Assembly: GCA_025558095.1 (NCBI GenBank)
Contig: JAIVFI010000033.1
Coordinates: 186,001 to 250,000 of the forward strand
Length of the DNA stretch: 64,000 nucleotides
DNA from: Hyaloraphidium curvatum SAG 235-1
Lineage: Eukaryota > Fungi > Monoblepharomycota
Reading direction: 5' to 3'
In this document: piece by piece, positions 34,742 to 44,929 of the stretch
How the letters are laid out: the number at the start of each line of letters is the position of its first letter
Position numbering within the stretch: position 1 is the stretch's first letter
The notes under the pieces: generated by a model
Told to the model about the DNA's origin: nothing
Databases searched by the model: none
What the model saw: only the letters and a program-made list of their open reading frames with translations
Program-made: the position numbers and the translations under genes

Positions 34742-36343
34742 TCACTCCACGACCGCATACCTCGGCAACCTCGCCCTGAGCTCCTCCTGCGCCGACGGTG
34801 AGCACTGCGCGGCCACCCTGGAGAGCACGTACCATCTGGTAGTCGGCGTTCGAAAACACGATCCGCTCGCGCGCGAGATCCGGGGTGTCCGTGCGCGGGG
34901 GGAGCTGCGTGAGGTCGGGCGTACCCAGCCGCGGAAGCCTGAGACCGTTGGCGATACCAGCCGGCACTGCGAAGGCCGCGCGCGCCGCGGCCCCGTTGGC
35001 AAGTGTCGGCGCGCCGTTCCCGTTCCCGCTCCCGTCCCCCGACGTCGCGCTGTCGGGCGAACCGCCCCCCACCGCCCCGTTCTCGGGCGTAATCTCGCCC
35101 GGCTCCGTCTTGACCACCACGTCCGGCGTCCCTGTCCTCGGCCTCTTGGCCGCCGGCTCCTCCGACTCCCCCCTCCTCTTCCTCCCCGAGCCGTCCGCCG
35201 GTTCTACAGGTTCGTCCCCGGGAACCGGCTTGACGGACGCGAGCAGCTCCTCGATCTCGCGCATGCGCCGGCGGACCTCCTCCCGCTCGCGCTCCTCCTG
35301 GAGCTCCTGGAACCGCGGGTTGACGAAAACCTTGGTCGGGACCGGGGATGGGGGGATGGGAGGGAGCAAGGGAGGAGGGGCGAATGGCGGGGGAGGCTGC
35401 GGCGGGGGCGACGACGGGGCGGGGGAGAACTCGGTGCGCAGGCGCGCGAGAACGTCCGGGGATGCCGAAGAAAGCAGGGCGCGGAGCTCGGCCTGGATGG
35501 CGGCGACGTCCGGTGCTGCGGGGGGAGGTTGCGGTGCTGCGGGCGGGGGTGCGGCCGGGGCTGCAGGAGGCGGCAGAGGGGGTGGAGGCGGCGGCGCCAG
35601 CGCGTGTGGGGGCTCAAAGTCCGCAAACATGTTGGTGTGCTTGTTCAGGGAGTCGAGGAAGGACTGCGCTGAAGGGACGTCGGAAAACTGCACGCGGTAG
35701 CGGCCCTTTGCGATCGTCCGGACGGAAAGCGGCCTTCCAAACAGCGAAGCGAGGTGCAGCAGGAGCGCGTCCGAGTTGTTTGCCCGCGAGTGGGTGACGA
35801 TGACGACGGCTGCCGGCGGTCTGCGATGAAGGAAAAGTAAAGCGACACGGATTGCGGCGGACGCACAGTTGGGCGGCTCGCGGTGTTGCCGCGGATGGGT
35901 CGTCGCCTGGTTCGTTCCCCTGTCGCAGAACTCGACGCGCAGGCGAGCCTGCTCCGCCTGCATGGACATCTTGGCACGCCTCATTGATCCATCATCCATG
36001 AACTCTATGTTGACCTTTCGCAGCTCTGCCGAACGCGTGTTGGCGTGCTTGGGCGTCGCGTCGCCGTCGACCACCACCCACGCGAGAGGAATGCAAAGAG
36101 TTTGAAGCCGTCCTGCTGTGTAGCCCATTGAAATGCTGCTACCAGATCGAGAAGCGTTGCCGATTCCCGCAGCACGACGTGCAGAACGAACTTCTCGGCG
36201 TCGAGGGATGTGGGGGAAGAGAGCGCGCCGAGCGGCGTCAGCGGCAGCGACGGCGGCGGTCCGGGGCCCGGCGGCGGCGGCGGCAGCCCCGGCGGGAACG
36301 CCGAGGGGTACAGCGGCGCATGCCCGCCGGGCGGCGCCTCCAT
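34742..36343 (-). CDS. Pro-rich hypothetical protein, possible degenerate RRM-like segment
   Basis: Long biased ORFs; YRVQFSDVPSAQSFL segment; KVFVNPRF motif; basic NLS-like clusters. Confidence 0.55.
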
Positions 36344-36484
36344 CGCCCAGCTAGATGAACGAAAAGTGTCGGGGAAAGGGATCGGAACCATATCGAGGAC
36401 ACGACGACTCGGCTGCCACGTCCGGAGCTCGCAGGGCACGGTCCGCCGAAGCCAGCTCCTCCTCTCCACTTTCCTGCGTCTGCG

Positions 36485-37627
36485 ATGGCGGCGGCGGCGC
36501 GCTCCGCCGGCGCCAAGCGGCTCATGCGCGAGGCCGCCGAGCTGCAGGCCGACCCGTCGCCCGCCTACACCGCGCACCCGCTCGAGGAATCGCTGTTCGA
36601 GTGGCACTTTTCCGTGCGCGGCCCATCGGGCACCGCGTTCGAGGGCGGCATCTACCACGGCCGGATCCTGCTGCCCCCCGAGTACCCGTTCAAGCCGCCG
36701 AGCATTATCTTCATGACGCCAAACGGGAGGTTCGAGGTCGGCAAGAAGATCTGTCTGTCGGTGACGGGGCACCACCCGGAGTTCTGGCGGCCGGCGTGGG
36801 GCAGTGGGTGTTGTTTTGGCTGCAGGTTGCCTGCCAGGACGTGGTCTGACTGGACGCCTCCTCCCCCAGTCCGCACCGTGCTCCTCGCCGTCATCTCCTT
36901 CATGCCAACCCAGGGCGAGGGCGCCATTGGCGCGCTCGACTACAGCGACGAGGAACGCAAGCGCCTGGCACGCCGCTCTCTGGACTGGAGCTGCCCGCAG
37001 TGCGGGCGCAACGCGGACGCGCTGCCAGCCGAGGCGTCCGAGGAGGCCGGCGGCGAGGCCAAGGCGCGGGACGAGCGCGAGAGCGGGGAGCTGCTGGCGA
37101 TGATGAACTTTGCCTACGAGGGGAACAAGGCGCCGCCCGCAGCCGAGTCGGCAAAGGCGGACGAGGGCGCAGGGACTGCACAGGCGCCCGCGACACCTTC
37201 TCCGGCACCCATACCTGCGCCAGCCAGCGCGCCCGGGGGTGACGATGCCGGGCAGCCCACGCCAACCTCCGTGGACAAGGGGAAGGGGCGCGCCGTGGAC
37301 GCCCCGACGCCGTCGGACGCCTCTCTTCCCGCTCCCGCCCCCGCACCGGCACCCGCACCCGCATTTCCTCCTCCTTCTGCACCCGCACCCGCCCTTGCTG
37401 CCGCGCCCCGCCCCGCGCCGCGCGCCGCCCCGCTCGCTGCCGCCGGACCCCGACCGACCGCCGCGCGCCCGCACCAGGCACCCCAGCCGACGCCCGAGGA
37501 GCAGCGCAGGCAGATGGAGCGCGAGCGGATGATGATCGACGCGGCGATCGCGGTGGTGGTCGGGCTGATCGCGTGGCTGGTCAGCAGGCGGATCGGGGGT
37601 TGGCTGGCGATGCTGGGGAAGAAGTGA
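36485..37627 (+). CDS. UBE2J1: Tail-anchored ubiquitin-conjugating enzyme UBE2J1/Ubc6 (66-nt in-frame intron 36804-36869)
   Basis: KRLMREA, EWHF, YHGRILLPPEYPFKPP, TPNGRFEVGKKICLS (catalytic Cys), WRPAW, C-terminal TM. Confidence 0.9.
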   Translation: MAAAARSAGAKRLMREAAELQADPSPAYTAHPLEESLFEWHFSVRGPSGTAFEGGIYHGRILLPPEYPFKPPSIIFMTPNGRFEVGKKICLSVTGHHPEFWRPAWGSGCCFGCRLPARTWSDWTPPPPVRTVLLAVISFMPTQGEGAIGALDYSDEERKRLARRSLDWSCPQCGRNADALPAEASEEAGGEAKARDERESGELLAMMNFAYEGNKAPPAAESAKADEGAGTAQAPATPSPAPIPAPASAPGGDDAGQPTPTSVDKGKGRAVDAPTPSDASLPAPAPAPAPAPAFPPPSAPAPALAAAPRPAPRAAPLAAAGPRPTAARPHQAPQPTPEEQRRQMERERMMIDAAIAVVVGLIAWLVSRRIGGWLAMLGKK

Positions 37628-37796
37628 GAGGCGGCTGATGCGTTACATGCAATGCTGTATATTCTTGACTTGCTGAAAATGAGGAGGAAGGCCTTTTCTC
37701 GCGTCTTTCCTGCTCGGCCACGCAGGCCACGCAAGGGACGAGTCGGGACGAGTCGGGACGCGTCGTCGCTCGAATCCACAATCTGCCCCTGAAAAG

Positions 37797-38867
37797 ATGG
37801 CGGACGCGACGCCTCCTGCCCCTTCGTCTTTTGAATCCTTGAAGCTCCGGCACTCTGTCGCCGCAGCCCGCGCGTCCCTGGGGCTGGCGCGCCCTCCCGC
37901 GCCGCCCGCTCGCGACCTCGTTGGCGGCGACCTTTCCGCGGTCACGCCTCCCCGAGACCGCGCCGGATCGCCCGCGCCCGCATACGTTCCTGCGGCCCCC
38001 CTTTTGCCCGTCGCGCGGCGGTTCCTGCTGACCGGCTGGGACACCGCGCTCACCTTCGCGTCGTCGGCACCGGTCACTGCCACGCAACTCGTGGTCGGCG
38101 CAGCCCTCACCGTCGCGCTGGGCGTCGGCCTCGCGCGGGAAAGATCGGTGCTCTTTCACCCGGCGCTTTTCGGCCCCTCGACGCTGCTCACGCCTCTCAG
38201 CGCGGCCCTCGCGCTCGGCACGGGCCTGTTCGAGGCCGGCCGCCGCGGTTACAACCTAGTCGTCTATGGCGGCGAGGTCGAGCGCATGCTCGGCGGCCCA
38301 GGCGACGTCTGGCGAGACGGACGCGTTGTGGAAGAGGGCCCGGCGCGCCTCGGACCAGACGGCCAGCGCCGCCCGTTCCTCGAATGGCTGCTCTCGTCGC
38401 GCTACCTTCGCCTGCAGGCCGCGGCGCTCGCCTGCGTCGTGGGCTTCGAGCTGCTCACCAGCCCCTCGACCGTCCTGCGCGGCGGCTCGCCCAGGCCCTA
38501 CGCGCTGTCTTCGGCCCTCGAGTACTCGGCCATGTTCCTCTTCAGCTTCCTGGCCCCTCCGGCATCCACCGTTTCTTTCCTCGGCGTCCTCCCCTCGATG
38601 CCCACGATCGCGATCCCGTACCTGTACTGCGCCTCGGGCTTCTTCGGCGACATCCGCGGCATGCTCGCCGGGCTGGCGGGCGCCCTGGCCGCGGCCAAGT
38701 TCGCCGGGCTCAAGCGCGGCAACGGCGAGGACGTGGTGACGTGGTACAAGGGGGAGATCGAATACTGGTCGCGCACGGCGATGGAGCTGGTCGGCGGGGA
38801 CAAGAGGCCCGGGATCGGGGGCGGGCCGTCGTTCGGGGGGGCTGGGCGGAGGCTCGGGAGCGCCTAG
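37797..38867 (+). CDS. Derlin-like (rhomboid pseudoprotease-like) membrane protein with C-terminal SHP box
   Basis: Several TM segments; P...VSFLGV...IPYL resembles derlin TM4-5; C-terminal FGGAGRRLG matches the FxGxGxxL Cdc48/p97-binding SHP box. Confidence 0.55.
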   Translation: MADATPPAPSSFESLKLRHSVAAARASLGLARPPAPPARDLVGGDLSAVTPPRDRAGSPAPAYVPAAPLLPVARRFLLTGWDTALTFASSAPVTATQLVVGAALTVALGVGLARERSVLFHPALFGPSTLLTPLSAALALGTGLFEAGRRGYNLVVYGGEVERMLGGPGDVWRDGRVVEEGPARLGPDGQRRPFLEWLLSSRYLRLQAAALACVVGFELLTSPSTVLRGGSPRPYALSSALEYSAMFLFSFLAPPASTVSFLGVLPSMPTIAIPYLYCASGFFGDIRGMLAGLAGALAAAKFAGLKRGNGEDVVTWYKGEIEYWSRTAMELVGGDKRPGIGGGPSFGGAGRRLGSA

Positions 38868-39255
38868 GGAGGCGGAGCACGTTGGATGATGCTTCGAGAT
38901 TGCTACATGGGGCTTGTTTGTGGTCGATAGCGCACGGATCGGGGAAAGATCGGGCAATGGGCTAGTTGTCGCTGCTGCTGCAGAGCTTTCGAATGACACT
39001 GAATCGAACATAATGCATCGTCACCCGGCCCAGCTTCTTCAATTGTTCCAAACGCCTCCGTTTGACCGGTGGCCAGAAAGCATGTGTCCGGGACTGCGGA
39101 GGTTCGAGCTCAGCCACTCGGGATGCGGAACGAGTTCTTGCGGGCCCAAGCCGGAGGGATCTCGGGAACAAATACTGCCCTTCCTTCCGAGCGCACAGAA
39201 AAGCATCTTTCTCCACTCTACTCCGCTTCGTCCACCCACGCTCTACCCAGCAACA

Positions 39256-40585
39256 ATGGCCGAAGTCTCTATCGAGGCCCCGAAGCTCAACGAGCAGCCG
39301 CAGACCGTCACGGTCGTGCGCACCGAGCCGGTGCTCACCCCGGAGCAGGAGACGCTCCGGGCCAAGAAGGAGCGCGAGCTCTACTACTGGAACATCGCCA
39401 TGGTGCGTTGCCCGCCCACGGCCCCCCGCCGGATCTCCTCCGGAACGCTATAACGCATCCCCCCGCCCCGCCCCCACCAGACCGTCCTCCACGGTCTCCA
39501 GGCCGTCATCGCCCTCGGCATGGGCCTCGCCATCACCCGCCTCAAGAACTTCCGCACCCCGCTCATCACCACCTTCCCCGCCTGGACCCGCGGCTACCCC
39601 GAGCCCGCGCTGCAGGTCGTCGGCTCGCTGCCGTTCGTCCCGGTCACCTCGGGCTTTGCGTTCCTGTCGGCGATATTCCACGCCTTCACTCTGATCTGGT
39701 ACAAGCAGTACATTGCCGATCTGCGCAAGGGGATCGTGGGTCGGCCGCTTTCGCCGGGGTTGACGTCCGCTGACTGTCTACCCTCCCTCAGAACAAGTTC
39801 CGCTGGATCGAGTACGGTTTCTCGTCCTCGCTCATGATTGGCCTCATTGCCCAGCTGTTCGGTGTCTGTGGGTTTCGCATGTCGGCTCCGTGCCTGGCCG
39901 CGATCTGACCAGGGTCCGCCCATCGCAGACGACGTCATGACCCTTGTGACGATCATGAGCGTCAACGCGTGCATGAACTGTGGGTCGAATCGAATGTTCT
40001 GGTGACGTTGGTGTGGTTGCTGATGGTTTTGCTTCCTCCGCCGCCCCTCCGCGCACCGATCTCTCTGAAACCGCACATCACTCCCCTCCAACTCCCCTCA
40101 ACGCCTTCTAACGTCTCCGTATCGTTCCCTATCGTCATTTTGCAGACTTTGGGTATATGATGGAGTTGCAGAACCAAACAACCGACTACGTCGACTGGAC
40201 GGCCTTCTGGTTCGGCTGCTTCGCCGGCATCGTGCCCTGGGCGGTGATCGTCGCCCAGGCGGCCGGAACTCCCGGCATTTCTGCCGCGCCCGCCTTCGTC
40301 TGGGCCATCCTCGCCGTCTACTTCATATTCTTCAACACCTTCCCGATCAACATGATCCTGCAGTACCGCAGGCAGGGCCGCTTCGCCGACAACCTGTTCC
40401 CGGGATCGGGATACTACCTCGGCGAGAAGATCTACCAGATCCTTTCGCTGGTGGCCAAAGTGCGTTGTTGTAGATCGTGTTTGTTTGCACCGAGCTGATG
40501 CCGATCCCCAATCCAGTCGCTCCTGCTCTGGCTCGTCATTGGCGGTTCCAACCAGCCTTCGGCCGCCAACCCGCAGCCGCTGTAA
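39256..40585 (+). CDS. Heliorhodopsin (5 introns)
   Basis: Spliced product carries WN...LHGLQ (helix A His), LSAIFH (helix B His), NKFRWIEYGFSSSLM (helix C counterion Glu), FGYMME, FFNTFPINMILQY, GEKIYQILSLVAK (retinal Lys). Confidence 0.93.
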
Positions 40586-40678
40586 ACTAGTGGACTGCTC
40601 GATCAGGAGGGTGGATGTTGCTTTATGTAATGGCTCTGTCGAGGAACACGGTGCCTTTCCTCCAGCATTGACCATCGC

Positions 40679-41257
40679 TCACAAGATGCGGCTCGGGTAG
40701 AAGTTGACGACCCGCGCCGCCGCCGACTTCTTCCTGGGCCCCTTCTGGAAGATCTCCACGTAGTCTTTTCTCCCTTGCAAGATGTACCTCTTCTCCGGCA
40801 CCCCGTTTGCGTCCTTCTGCCAGTCCGTCTTGCGCTTCTTCTTCTTCCGCTTCTTCTTCGCTTCCTCCGGGCCCAGTGCGGCCTTCTGTTCTTCCGTGTC
40901 CATTTCCTCGCCGCTCTCGGCGTCCTCCCAGCCCTCATCGCCGTCCTCGTCGTACCATGCCGGCCCTTCCTCGTCCTCGCCGTCCGATCCGGCAATGTCC
41001 GCCGGCAGGGCCGACCGTTTTGGCTTTTCCAGCGCCTTCAGGACCTTCCCCGACTTGACCGAATGCAGCTTCGTCTCGGAAGCGGGTTGCTTCGCCTGCA
41101 GCCGCTTCGCGGGGGCCACTTCCGGCTCCAGGTCCGAACCGCCGAGTTCCGCGTCCGACGAGCCTCCAGGGGCGTCCGGGAGCGAATTGCGGGTAATCTT
41201 CTTAAAGTCCCGCTCTTTTCGCGACAGGCGCTTGTGGAATTTGGCGCTGCGGCCCAT
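40679..41257 (-). CDS. Basic/acidic small nuclear-type protein (MGRSAKF...LQGRKDYV)
   Basis: Single-exon ORF with Lys-rich NLS-like tracts and an acidic tract. Confidence 0.65.
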   Translation of the reverse strand: MGRSAKFHKRLSRKERDFKKITRNSLPDAPGGSSDAELGGSDLEPEVAPAKRLQAKQPASETKLHSVKSGKVLKALEKPKRSALPADIAGSDGEDEEGPAWYDEDGDEGWEDAESGEEMDTEEQKAALGPEEAKKKRKKKKRKTDWQKDANGVPEKRYILQGRKDYVEIFQKGPRKKSAAARVVNFYPSRIL

Positions 41258-41348
41258 CGCAAATGCCGCCGCACGAGGGCAGGGGTGGTTGTTGTCGATT
41301 GTTTCCAATCACCCTCAAAGCAACCGAACTCTTCCACGCGTTCCGGCG

Positions 41349-43078
41349 ATGGCGTCCGCTTCGGCGCCTTCCGGGCTACCGGCGACGCTCCTCGCCATCC
41401 TTCGCGATCTGAACACGCCGGCGGTCCGCGCATCGCTCGCCACGTTCGCAGCGACGTCTGCCGCCTTCCTCGTCGCGGCCCAGCTCTCGCGGCGCAACCG
41501 GATTCGCAAGCTCCGGGAGCAGCTCTCGAACGAGCTCGGGAGCGGCATCGTTACCCCATTCGAGACGTCGTTCTCGGGCTCGGACCCGTTCTCGGCGGGC
41601 CTGCGGCCGATCGCAGCCCCGGACGAAACGCTCGTGCGAGAGCAGCTGGCGCGGTGCTACGCGTTCTTCGGGGACGAAAAGATGGCCCGGATCAGGGGCG
41701 CGTTCGTCGTGGTCGTCGGGCTCGGTGGCGTGGGGTCGCACGCGGCCAACTTGCTCGCGAGGTCGGGCGTCGGGAGGCTCCGGCTCGTGGACTTTGACCA
41801 GGTCACACTGTCCTCGCTGAATCGGCACGCAAGTAGGCATTGCAGTTGGAGGGTCTGCCATGTGAAACTCGGGGCTGATTTGTGGTTCTCAGTGGCGACC
41901 CAGGCGGACGTGGGGATCCCAAAGGCGGTCTGCATCCGGAATCATCTCCAGCGGATCGCACCGTTCGTCGACGTCGAGATCGCCGTGGAGCTTTTCAACG
42001 CCGAGTCTGCGGACAAGCTGCTGGCGGGGAATCCGGATTGGGTTCTCGACTGCATTGGTGCGCAACCCGGAGGACGGGACGCTTTCGAACCGAGGAGCTG
42101 AACGTGTCCGGCAGACAACATCGACACGAAAGTCGACCTGATCGCGTACTGTGTGGAACACAAGCTGCAGATCATGAGCTCCATGGGGTCGGGAACAAAG
42201 TCGTGGGTGGAACAAGCGCGCGCAACTGGGTCGAGCTCATGCTGTTCGCCCGATGCCAGTGATCCGTCACAGATCCAGATCGGTGACCTCTGGCAATCAC
42301 AGGAGGATCCACTGGCCCGAACCGTTCGCCGTCGGCTAAGGGTCCAGAAGGGAATTGAGGAGGGCGTAACAGGTACTTGCGGCGCCTTGAAGCGGCCTAT
42401 CAGTTTGCTCATGCTCGGTTCAGTCGTTTTCTCCACCGAAAAGCCCGGTCCGGTGAAGCTCCTTCCCCTCCCCGACGACGTCTACGAGTCCGGCACCGCC
42501 GACGACCTCGCTCCTCTCCCGGACTTCCGCGCGCGGATCCTCCCGGTGCTCGGCACCCTTCCCGCCATGTTCGGCGATGCTCTTGCCGGCGCCGTGCTGC
42601 TCAGGATCGCTGGCTGGGAGTCGTTCGATCCGCTGCCGGTGAAGGGGCGGGAGAAGACGTACTCGAGGGTGTACCGGGACCTCAGGGCCAGAGACGAAAA
42701 CCATTACCGGGCAAAGTGGGTTTCTACGGGCTGCAACTGCCAAGAATGACACTCATTGGTGTTTGCAGTCCCGTCTGCCCCTATATCAACGTCGAAGAGG
42801 CCGGCTATTTGGTCGACGAGGTCTACCGCGGCTTCTCTGTCCTCTCGCGGTCGCACGACCGCCTCAACCTCGCGCGCTGGGACGTCCGGCAGGAGAGCCG
42901 GATCGAGAACCTGGTGCTCATGACCAAGAGCGAGGCCGACAAGCACGACAAGGCCTGGGCCGAGGCGATCGCCAGGGGGGAGGAGCTGGACCTCGTGGCG
43001 AGGTACGGGGAGGACGTCGTCGCGCTGGTCCGCAAGAGGCTCGATCAGGTGAAGCGGGAGATGAAGTGGCGGACTTGA
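41349..43078 (+). CDS. TCD1: tRNA threonylcarbamoyladenosine dehydratase (ThiF/E1-like, Tcd1/Tcd2 type), multi-exon
   Basis: N-terminal TM; EQLARCYAFFG; VVGLGGVGSH; LVDFDQVTLSSLNRH; DCIDNIDTK; DPLARTVRRRL; RILPVLGTLPAMFG. Confidence 0.88.
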
Positions 43079-43226
43079 CAGCGTCCTGCATTAGGAGTAT
43101 CTACAGATCCTACTAGTAATCGGAACGATCGGGTATTCTGCGCCGCACGGCGCGTTTCCAAATCATCACGCAACAACCGACCGAGTCCAGCTGGGGTATC
43201 ATTCGCCGACTTCCCACCGCAGCGTT

Positions 43227-44365
43227 TCAATGGGACGGCGTCGCGACCGGGCGGTTGGTACCCAGGGCGACGTGCACTTCCTGCCCAGGCAGCCAGCCAA
43301 GCTTCCGTGGCGTGAGGCCGGTGTCGATCTGGCGGTATTTCCCGCTCTCCACGCGGACCGCGAGGCCGATGTTCTCGGGGTCCCCGGCCAGGTCCTTGAA
43401 GTAGATCGGGATGGCCCTGAGCAGGCGTTTGTTCAGGGGCGTGTCGACGGGGACGCGGAAGGTGGCGCGGTCCTTGTGCCTCCGCACCACCACGCGCACC
43501 CCGAAGCGGTCGTCGGGAAGGGCGATGTGGGGCCTCTCGGCAGGCTTCTTGGGCACCGGCCGCGCCTCTTTGGGCGGCGTGAGGCTGGGCGAGCCGCCCC
43601 GAATGGGCTGTCGCGGTTCGTTTTCCTGCTGCGCGTCCTCAAACATGGTCGGCTCGTCCGGGAAGTGAGGAGGGGAAGGCGGCCGCGGGTCCGGCTGCGG
43701 CGGCGGCGCCGACCGGCCGGGCGAGGGGTATCGGAAGGCAGCGTCCTGCACCGGCACCGGCGTGGCTGCCACTGACGAGTTCGGGGCGCTCTGCGGCGGC
43801 AGGGCCATGGGCCGCGCCGAGACGGACGCGGCCGAGGTCGGCGCCTCCGTGCGGTATCCGTGCCGCGGTGCCGGCCGCTCCGCGCCCACGACTTCCACCT
43901 CGACGATTTCGTCGTCGCGGATCGCGGTAATCGACCGCACCTCGCCGCGGGTCGAGGTGAGCAGCAGCCGAATGTCCGTCCCCGGTGCCAGGCCCAGCTC
44001 GCGTACGCACATCTCCTTGAACTCCTGGAAGACGCGCACCGTTGTTAGAAGTATTAAATCAGTCGAAACCGGTCGGCACGGGACGGTGCGCACCTCCAGG
44101 GTCTCTGGCAGGTCTAGCGTGATTCCGCCGTAGTCCTCCGAGTGCGGCGCGCCGCGCAGCCTGACTGTTCGGGGTCAGACGCGGCGTTTGCGTGTGCCCG
44201 GCGGCGCCTACATGTCACGCGCGGCGCGGCGGCGAACGGCATTGCCGGGAACATGGGCGGGTACATGGGCGCGGGGTAGAACATGCCGCCGCGCGCCGCC
44301 CCGAGCCCCGGCAGCCCACCGCCGACCGACGGGCGCCCGCCGGCTGATCGTCGCTGTGCGCTCAT
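43227..44365 (-). CDS. Hypothetical protein with possible ubiquitin-like domains separated by a Pro-rich linker
   Basis: IRDDEIVEVEV and VRVVVR...ATFRVPVDTPL...TPRKLG segments resemble beta-grasp folds; canonical introns. Confidence 0.5.
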
Positions 44366-44570
44366 CGCTCGCGCGCGGCCAGGGCGCTGTTTGGCGAGGT
44401 CCGCCTCGAAGCTTTGGAAGCGGTCGCGGTTGCGGGGGCGCGCCTCCACGTCAGGTCCAAGCAACGCCCCACTTCAAGTACGTGGCCGCTTACGCCCCGG
44501 CATCACGCATGTATCAGAGATTCGGCTCGATCTTGGGTCTAACGATCCGTTGGATGCCCGGAAAGGTTGA

Positions 44571-44821
44571 GAGGCGAACCAGTGCGCCGGCCGGGCCATC
44601 TCCTGGCCTCCCTTTCCACCAGACTGGACTATCTTCTGACTCACGGAGCTATCAAGGGACCAGAGGCCCATCGGCCTTGAATTTGGCTCACGGCGGGCTG
44701 GTGGTTCGGGTTTTCGCTGCGTCACGGCTTCAAGGACGACCAACAAAGTCGATTCACGACCCATTGCGCTGGGCAGTGCGCTCATCGCCGATCCCGCGGC
44801 GTCTCCGGGGGCGTGGGAACT
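44571..44821 (+). repeat. ~250-bp direct repeat, copy 1 (downstream of malQ)
   Basis: Aligns end to end with 47127-47375 with only a few substitutions and two small indels. Confidence 0.97.
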
Positions 44822-44929
44822 ATCACCAGCCAGGGTGGCAATAGCACGACAATCTGCATTCTACTCTGTACATATCAGTAGTGGGGTTCTAGACGAGCTT
44901 TTGCCTCGCGCCCAACCCGATCGGCCGCC

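Noticed and set aside
44571-44821. Repeat as U2, U4, RNase P or SRP RNA (fragments such as TCGGCCTTGAATTTGGCT, TTGCGCTGGGCAGT, and GGTGGGAAATTTGG just upstream of copy 2)
   Set aside because: No U2 branch-pairing GTAGTA, no Sm site, no matching P4/CR-V or SRP helix-8 motif; the resemblances are too short to support a call
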